The position numbers were made by a program, and so were the translations under genes. Below are positions 55,103-64,000 of a stretch of DNA of 64,000 bases, piece after piece (the first letter of the stretch is position 1; each line of letters starts with the position of its first letter). Under the pieces are notes generated by a model. It was not told the DNA's origin. It ran no database searches and was given only the letters and a program-made list of their open reading frames with translations. The stretch is from Octopus vulgaris. Taxonomy: Eukaryota. The DNA lies in the NCBI GenBank assembly GCA_951406725.2, contig OX597815.1, forward strand, positions 60,574,001 through 60,638,000, read 5' to 3'.

Positions 55103-56099
55103 TGTATGTATGCATGTATGTATGTATGTATGTATGTATGTATATGAGAGATGTGTTTGTTCAAATACTAAATTTAAGAGAAAGTTATTTTATGTACTCC
55201 AAGGTTATTATAAATAATAATATATTTGTTAGAAAAGTGAATATATTTTTTTTATTTATTTGTTTTATCTTTGAACTCCTTGTTTACTCTGACTTTCGAA
55301 GTTTTCATATTATTGTTTGAAAATATTTCATACTGGAGTTCTTGTATAAGTCTAAGAATTGGTCTGTTTATTGTAGTTAAAAATACACTGTTTGTTCTCT
55401 GACTATTTATGTTCAGTAGCTTTCAGATTATTCACACACACACATACACACACGCACACACACATACACACACGCACACACAGATGTACACACACGCACA
55501 CACACATACACAGATGCATATATGTGTGTGTGCGTGTGTATATATATGTATGCTGTATTTATTCATAACTGTATAGTTACATACATTCATATATACTCCC
55601 ACTTATACATATATATATGTATATATATTTGGGGGTAGTGGGTGGGGATGGGGTGTATGTATATATGCATATATGGGTGTGTGTGTGTATGTATGTATGT
55701 ATGTATGTATGTATGTATGTATGTATGTATGTATGTATGTATGTATGTATGTATGTATGTGTAGTGTATGTACATTCGCACTTGTCTAGGTATCTCCTCA
55801 TGTTAGTAACAGCTTTATAATTTTATTAACTTTATGATCACAACAACGACAACAATTGAGAGGAAAGGCTGACACACGTGATCATGTTTGAATCCACACA
55901 CTTTAGAATTCAAGTTATCTTAAATTACAATTTCTTCTATACATACAAACAAACGTGTACATATACAATATATAGTAATATGCAGAGATACAGACAAGCG
56001 CAGATATCCATGCTTCCATGCGTGCATATTTACTTACATATACACATATATATACAGGCAGACAAACAAAATGACAGGCAGGCAAACATACATGTATAA

Positions 56100-56203
56100 T
56101 ACATGCATACTTACATACATATATACATACATTCATACATATATACATACGTACGTACGTACATACATACATACATACATACATACATACATACATACAT
56201 ACA

Positions 56204-56237
<34 letters not shown>

Positions 56238-56700
56238 CATTCATACATGCATACATGCATGCATACATACAGGTAAGCAATCAGGTAGAAAGACAGACAA
56301 ACAATCAAACAGACAGAGATAAACATAGAGATGTAGTTAAGTACTAAAAAAAACAAATATACACAGAACTCAAAAAGCCTTGTCGCTTTGTTAGTGACCG
56401 ACTTCACCAACATGAAGAGGAATTTAAATTTGAAGGAAAAACATACATACATACATACATACATACATACCTACCTACCTACCTACCTACCTACCTACCT
56501 ACCTACCTACCTACCTACCTACCTGCCTACAAGCCTACCTATCTGCCTGCCTGCATACATACATAATACATACATACATACATAATACATACATACATAC
56601 ATGCATGCATGCATGCATACATACATACATACATACATACATACATACATACATACATACATACATACATACATACATACATACATACATACATACATAC
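56100..56700. repeat. (CATA)n and (CCTA)n microsatellite block
   Basis: Directly visible. Confidence 0.9.
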
Positions 56701-59430
56701 ACGAACTACGAACGATAAATGAAAAAACGTCGTTATTGTAGAAATTTACATGAACGAAAAATTATAAACTGCAAGTTTACTCGAAACCATAAGCTGTATA
56801 CTGCAGTATGAAATGTGATACCATAAATGTAGTGAACGTTCCTCCTCAGGAAGACCTAGAGTCATTTTAGCATGGAATTTGGGATATAAACAAAGAACGC
56901 AATCGCGATGCAGCATGATTAAAGGAACTACGAAGTGGGTATTGTGTAGATGTCTCTCTCAAAATATATGACATTACCAGTGAAATACTCCTGATGGTTT
57001 TTATGAAACTGCCGAATGGACAACCACCTGGGACAGACCCGATAGTAGGCTACTGGTACAAAAATTTCACGTTCTACTGTGAAATTCTCACGAAATAATG
57101 GACACTGAGCTAGATATACCAGATTGGCTGATGGTGCACGGACTACTCTTATCCTTGAGAACAAAAGTGTCCAATGTGGTCAAAAACTAGATCCATAGTA
57201 TACTTGAATGTTATGTACAAACTGTACACAAGTTGTCTGAATATGTTTCTTCAAGACCACAGTAAACAAATGGTGTGATAACTGAGAAACAGGCAGAAGG
57301 AAAGAAAGTGGTCTGAACAGCTCCTCAAAAAAAGCTGTCCTTAAGGAAGCCAAGCAACATCATCATAATCTCTTAAAAACATGGCTTGACTACAAGAAAG
57401 CATTCAACTCTGTGCTACACTCATGGATGATAGAATCACTACACCTTGCTAATGTACCACCAGCTATTGGGAATGCCATTGAAAGACTGACCACAAGATC
57501 CACACAGTTATCAATGACAACTGCTAAAGCAACACCTATTGGTATAAACAGAATTAGGTATATTCCAGGGTGATAGTCTATCTGTAATATTTGTACTAGC
57601 AATAAATCCTTGTCAACTCTGTTAGCAAAATGTCCAGGCTACATCCTAGGATATACAGAAAAGAATAAAATTAATGTCACCCACACATTTTTTTATGATG
57701 ACCTGAAGTTATACTCTGGTAACATAGACAACATCAAGAGACAATTAAAACTACTCACCACATTTTCATAAGACCAGAATGGAGTTTAGGCGAAATGAAT
57801 GCTCATACTCGATAGTCTACCGATGAAAGATTGTCGACCAGGTAGACAACATGTACATGAAAACCTTGTTCATTTCTCCTATTTCTAATGATGAAAGTAT
57901 AAGTATCTCAGAATCAATGAGAATGTTGCTTACGTTGGTGATGTGACTAAAGCCAGAATAACAAAAAAGTATTTCTGTAGACTCCAGAAAATGTGGAACT
58001 CAGACTTGTCTACATTTAACAAGAACATATGTTACAATTCTTTTGCAGTACTAATGCTATTGCTAACATTTAGGATATTGAAATGGATACTCGATGAGAT
58101 ACGCAGCCTAGACATCAAAACCAGAAAGGTACTGACCACCACTGGCAACTCCACATAAACAACGACACCAGTAGCATCTATGTGACACGAAGCGATGGCG
58201 GTAGAGGCATGAGGAAATTTTAAGCAGCCTTGAAATGTTGCTTATATCATTCAAACAACACCTGCCGAATAGTAAAGCAAGAAATGAGTACATTTCATGT
58301 ATACTTAAAAGTGAGAGCGACAACATCTTCAGAGTTGGAGAAGAACTACTGTGCAGGTACTCTGAGATACAAGTGTCTCATGTGACCAAAAGGAGGCTGG
58401 ACTGGCCTACCTAAACAGAAGCTTGGAGAAGAAGCAAGCATCATACCAGCAGAAAGCAATGCATGGGTACATGTCCTGTAATATAGAGGATAACAATAGT
58501 AATGACAGGAAGAGTAGCCTCTCCTGGACCTGTGACAGACATATTACAAGGTCGGCCGACATGTTCATAGTCTGACCGAGGTACTCTCATGAAATGTGAC
58601 CAAATGAGATTTATTGTTCAACATAGACCCCTTGAAGTCCACATACTTCTTCCATCGATGTTGCAGTACTTGACCTTATTCATGAAGAAGCTTTCATCCT
58701 GTTAGTCAAGATGTCATCAACAGCATGACGTCACGCTCATTGCGATACTGGTTCCCAGCCAAGTGTTTTATTCATGTTGGGGAACAGATGATAATCAGAT
58801 GAGGTCAAATCGAGACAATAGGGAGTGATCAACCAGTTCAAAGCCTCAGATACGCACAACAGCCATTTAAACCCAAGAACTTGTGTGCTGGAGCATTGTC
58901 CTGATGTGACGTCTTACCTTGAAAGTTATGCTTTCCCTATCCAGAAACAGAAGACAGCTACTAAATACGTGGTAAACAAGAGAGGCAAATATACCGAGAA
59001 GTCTCTACGTTGTGATAGAATATGTCGTCCCTGCTATACCAGTGTGAAAGATATCACCCACATCAGCAGCAGCTACCTCAAAATGTTTACGAGATACTAC
59101 TTGTCCCTGATGCATGATATAGCTGCAAAGACTATTTAAAACACTATCTATAGGGAAGATTGCCCTGACATTTACATCAAATATGAATCTACCATCAAAA
59201 GTCCAGGAGAAAGATTTATGGTGAATTAATGCGGAACTTACAGCTCTTGTACCCTGCTTATACATTCTCAATTGTTTCTCTCATCATACGTACATTAGGC
59301 TACGTACCTACAAATGTACACAAAAACTTAGAAATACTAAGTTTTTGAAGAAAGAGCAAAAGAAACTGATGCAGATTCTTCAAATCCAATCTATTAGCAA
59401 CACTGGGAAGATTTGTAAGACATTCCAATG
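56701..59430 (+). mobile_element. Highly degenerate RLE LINE of a second family, adjacent to (CATA)n
   Basis: LNVMYKLYTSCL, WLDYKKAFNSVLHSW, FQGDSLS, FYDDLKLY, CRPC..DITHISSSYLKMFTRYYL; mariner-like insert at about 58547-58905. Confidence 0.8.
58547..58905 (-). mobile_element. Mariner-like fragment nested in the LINE
   Basis: Minus strand HQDNAPAH and PYCLDLTSSDYHLFPNM; interrupts the LINE coding region. Confidence 0.65.
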
Positions 59431-59941
59431 ATTCTCCATCTGAGGTTCTTGACACAAATAAATGCACGCACTTGGGTGTGTTCATCGATAGCTCAACCAT
59501 CTCACAAACTCAAACACATATTTACAAACACCTTGTCGATTTGTTAGTGATCGGATTAAACTCTCTTGAAAAATTATATGAACTCAAAGCAAAGTAAAAC
59601 ATATATATAAACATAACTATATACTTACATGCATGTACACATGCGTACATAGTGATATATAAATATATCGACATGAATATACGCATATACGGAAAGTTTC
59701 GACATAGATAGAAGACTAAAACAAAAAAGATGCTGAAAGAAGAGAAGGCAAGATTCAGGATGCCGTTAGTCAATCTAATACAATAAAAGCATTTCTCTAA
59801 TAGTTGTGAAGTTGAACACTATTTAGGTATGGAATATCTTCCTAATCGTACAATAAATATAGATAAATATTTTAAAATATATAGATGTAGCCATGGAAAT
59901 AATTTTTAGGTAAACGTATATTTATGATTTAAAATATATAC

Positions 59942-60108
59942 GTGCAGGCGCGGCTGTGTGATAAGAAGCTTGCTCCGCTACCACATGGTTCCAGGTTCAT
60001 TCCCACTGCTGGCACTTTGGGCAAGTGTCTTCTACTATAGCCTCAGGCCGACCAAAGCTTTGTGAGTGGATTTGGTAGACGGAAACTGAAAGAAGCCCAT
60101 CCTATATA

Positions 60109-60180
<72 letters not shown>

Positions 60181-60398
60181 TGTATGTCTGTGTTTGCCCT
60201 CCCACCATCGTTTGTAAACCGGCTTTGGTGTGTTTACATCGCCGTAACTTAGCGGTTCAGCAAAAGACACGATAGAATAAGTACTAGGCTTACAAAGAAT
60301 AAGTCCTGCGGTCGATTTGCTCGACTAAAACCCTTCAAGGTGGTGCTTCAGCATGACCACAGTCAAATGACTGAAACAAGTAAAAAAGTAAAAGAATA
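59942..60398 (+). mobile_element. Full-length tRNA-derived SINE with an internal (TA)n
   Basis: A-box-like cggctgtgtgataag; B-box-like ggttcattccc; body ttgggcaagtgtcttctactatagcc; tail gactgaaacaagtaaaa; several related copies in the window. Confidence 0.88.
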
Positions 60399-60412
60399 TG
60401 TATATTTATAAG

Positions 60413-62290
60413 CCTCTGTATAGCCTTATGGGTGTGTGGCGAGTTTGATTTTGTGCGGGTTTGTCGGTTCATCCAACGCTTTGTGGATGTAGCTTGATTT
60501 TGAGAATAAATCGAGTTTAATATTTTTAAAGTCTGGAATTTGCTGATATATTTTCTTGATTAACTGGTGTAGATCCTTTCAAAGTATGTAATTTATTGGA
60601 AGGATTAGGTTATTTAATAGTTCTAAGGCCGGATTTTGGTTCAGGATGGAGAGTCATAGTTATTTATATCATCATATAGGACTTTCTATCAGAATCTCTT
60701 TATGAAATCTCCGGTCTTAATAATACAACAGTTTCCAATAATGGAGATTTGAAGGTGAAGAACCTACACAAGATCAACCCAACTATATTCTAAGGAGTTC
60801 TGTTAAACTCCATAGCAAACACATATGGAAGGACATCGCTCAATATAATTGTGAACAAAAACGCGGAAGCAGACATAATAATGACCAACGATAGGTTTGA
60901 TTTATTGGATACAACTACGTACTATATGGACCACAATCCAACTTCCATAGAAACCTATTCACAATTTTTGTAATCCGATTAAACACCAACCGGAGGTGTT
61001 AGTAAAACAATTTCAGATAATAATATAACCACAGGAATAAAACAGAAACACGACAAGCCATATGAAACAACATGGATGTTATAATCTATAAAGCTCTACC
61101 CCCACTCCCCGAAAAATAGGCAGTCATTCACTCGATATAACGTCGAAAACAAATCGCATACACAAACCAATCGCCCATCTCAGCAAATCTTCCAGAACAC
61201 CGCTTTCAGAACCACAGACAATCTCACGAAATATTTCACATCCCTACCGAAGGCCTCAAAACATCCATGAATATCCAGATGAAAACTTTGGATTTCTTGA
61301 ATGTTACTTTATATCTCCATACGCGTGCCATAGAACAATCTAAGAAAACTCGATCGTTACATATAACCTCGAATCTGTATTATCAAAATGTTTCTCTCAT
61401 TTTACAAACTTTCAGATAACAATGTTGACTAAACAGTTTTAAAAAATAATTTAAATACTCACCACTATGTCATACACCCAGAAATAAATACCTCGTATCA
61501 CTAATCATATAACATACACGCAACCACACTCATTCCAGTCAAAATTCTTCATCAGCATACGATCAGTTTTAATACACAAACACCAAACCATTTAAGGCAC
61601 CAACTCTATCATAGCTTCCAAGAAATTCGGAACCTTTAATCTCGTTCAGTCCCCGTCCTAAATTAATCGCGAAAAAAATCCTAATTCAGTACATAATCCT
61701 CAACAATGAATCCTACAACTACAAGAACTCTCTTAACTATCAGCTCAACAATAACTGCCTCCTCACTAAATATGTACATTCCGTTACTATACATGCACAA
61801 AATAGACAATATATGGCCCAACTTTGAATGAATTTAAACTCTATATTAACCAACATCTGAATATATTTGGAAATTTCGGGGGATGAGGTAAGTCGATTAC
61901 ATCGACTCCAGCGTTCAACTGATTCATATTTTATCGACCCTGAAAGGAGGAATGACAAAGTCGACCTCGGCGGAGATTTGAACTCAGAATGTAAAGACAG
62001 ACGAAATTCCGCTAAGCACTTTTTCCTGCGTGCTAACAATTCAGCTAGGTCGCCGCCTTTATTTTTGGAAATATTTACAGTAGGTCTAATACAAGTCTAA
62101 CCAAGCATATCTGAAACCTAAAAGAATTTAACACTTCACGCTCTATCACGTGAAACATGTAAGAGAAAAAAATTATGATCCATAACTCCTTCCTCCAACG
62201 GCATATCTTAAACCAAAAAGCACCTAACATCCTCAACCGTTATACATCATCTTGCAACCTCTATAACACCCTTAAAAAACACGAATAACT
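60413..62290 (+). mobile_element. Very degenerate PLE RT remnant interrupted by a SINE
   Basis: LDFLNVTLYL near 61287-61320 resembles [13 protein letters not shown]; otherwise decayed. Confidence 0.4.
61868..62058 (-). mobile_element. Second tRNA-derived SINE family
   Basis: Homologous to 47490-47680. Confidence 0.82.
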
Positions 62291-62659
62291 CAATACCTAA
62301 TTGTATATGCATTACGTATATATTTTGATGCATGTTCCACTTTATAGTTATATATTAACATATTAATGGATGGATACGAAGCTGTATTTTCATTTGTATC
62401 ATGATTGTACGTACACATTTCTGCAGGAATGTTTATGGTTAACTTGCACTGATATATGAGCAGCTGGTACTCCACAAATGTACAAGTACTTACCTGCGAA
62501 TCAGGGCAGAGACACACGTTAAAACTCATACACGCTGACGAGTTCACTTGTTTAGGACCTCCCAACCAGTCCTTCTATACCTTCATTTTATGTATCTTTA
62601 TGTATATCTATCCCATACATAAATGAAGGCATGGGAAACTTAAATATTCACACAAACAC

Positions 62660-62700
<41 letters not shown>

Positions 62701-63028
62701 TACACACACACACATGCACACGCGCATACACACGCACTTATGTACGGGTGTGATTCTGCTGGCTGTGTATCCTTATTCGCTTGCTTATGCGAATATGTAT
62801 TTAGATACTTGTGTATATTTTTTCTTGCCTACATGTCTATATTTGTGTCCGTATGTATTCATCTATCTGACCCTTTACATTCGTGTATACATGCACATAA
62901 GTATATATTTTTGCATGCGTATACAAATATATACTTGAATGCGTGTATGCACCTGGTTGTGTTGTTTTCTGCACTGGCATATTTATCTATCTATCTATAT
63001 GAATGTAGATATATATATATATACAGAC

Positions 63029-63087
<59 letters not shown>

Positions 63088-63703
63088 AATATATATACAC
63101 ACACATATATATATACATACACACACATACAAACATACACACATATATACATTTACCTATGTCTCCCAATCTACATAAATCTACTTGATATATTATGAAT
63201 GATACTATATAATATGAATGGTACTTGATATAATATTCAGTATAATTTTTCTATCAATTTGTTTTTAGTGTGGGTGGTATAGTGTATTATAAATGTTCCT
63301 TGTTGTAATTGCATGGTGAACCTACGAAAGAATTTTGTATTACTGTGGCCAATATAATAGCGGGAGTCCCGAAGTTTACAACTTTCATTTTTACACTCAC
63401 GATCATAAACTCTTTGACGGTAAGCCTAGATAAATTCGGCTACGAGAAAAAATAAACGCCAATACATAAGTTATATATCTATCTCCTATCCTGATGATGA
63501 GAGTATGAAAGTTCGGAAATATTCCTTATGGATCTAGAAACTTTATTGACCCAAAGTCAATGTAAAAGAGATATCTGACAAAAGAAATGCTATAATAAAA
63601 ACAGTCGTATTTTAATAAGCATACAATACAGACACAGATACACACACACACATATACCTGTGTGTTCCTTTCTGTACACAAGTATACATGGTTGTGTGTG
63701 CTT

Positions 63704-63726
63704 GACAGACAGACAGACAGACAGAC

Positions 63727-63807
<81 letters not shown>
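63704..63807. repeat. (GACA)n(GATA)n microsatellite
   Basis: Directly visible. Confidence 0.95.
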
Positions 63808-63808
<1 letters not shown>

Positions 63809-64000
63809 CTTAATATCGATATCTTGTTAGAACGCTGTATAATACAGCAGTACTAGTCTTGAGAGATTCTATCATATAGGCGCACGGTGCATAAAAGCAC
63901 AGGTAAAAATCGTAGAAGATGAGAATCATCTGTTAGGGGCGGTAATTATCGGAGCACCTGATTTCACTCTACTGGACTTCCTAAGTTGCTGCGTCCAGTG

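Noticed and set aside
59942-60015. tRNA gene
   Set aside because: A/B-box-like head is followed by a SINE body seen in several copies; no complete cloverleaf

Overview
AT-rich, microsatellite-saturated animal DNA. The SINE and LINE content suggests an octopus or other cephalopod (inference from recalled repeat families). No host gene is recognisable and nearly all short ORFs are microsatellite artefacts. The window is a stack of mostly decayed mobile elements: a cluster of R4/Dong-type RLE LINEs in (TAA)n tracts (1-14.5 kb), an RTE-like LINE, mariner copies, a Helitron with an OTU-like domain, tRNA-derived SINEs, an ORF1-only L1/Tx1-like insertion with a 17-bp TSD, and many Penelope-like element (PLE) remnants in (TA)n tracts. 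The main signal the ORF track cannot show is a set of about a dozen type I hammerhead ribozyme motifs (CUGANGA...GAAA...NUH) in otherwise dissimilar PLE terminal repeats. Most have a long stem II and a palindromic stem III. Several sit in foldback elements; 33345-34129 is a near-perfect 322-bp-arm palindrome with an intact hammerhead on each strand. All structures and alignments were read by eye, and boundaries are approximate unless stated.
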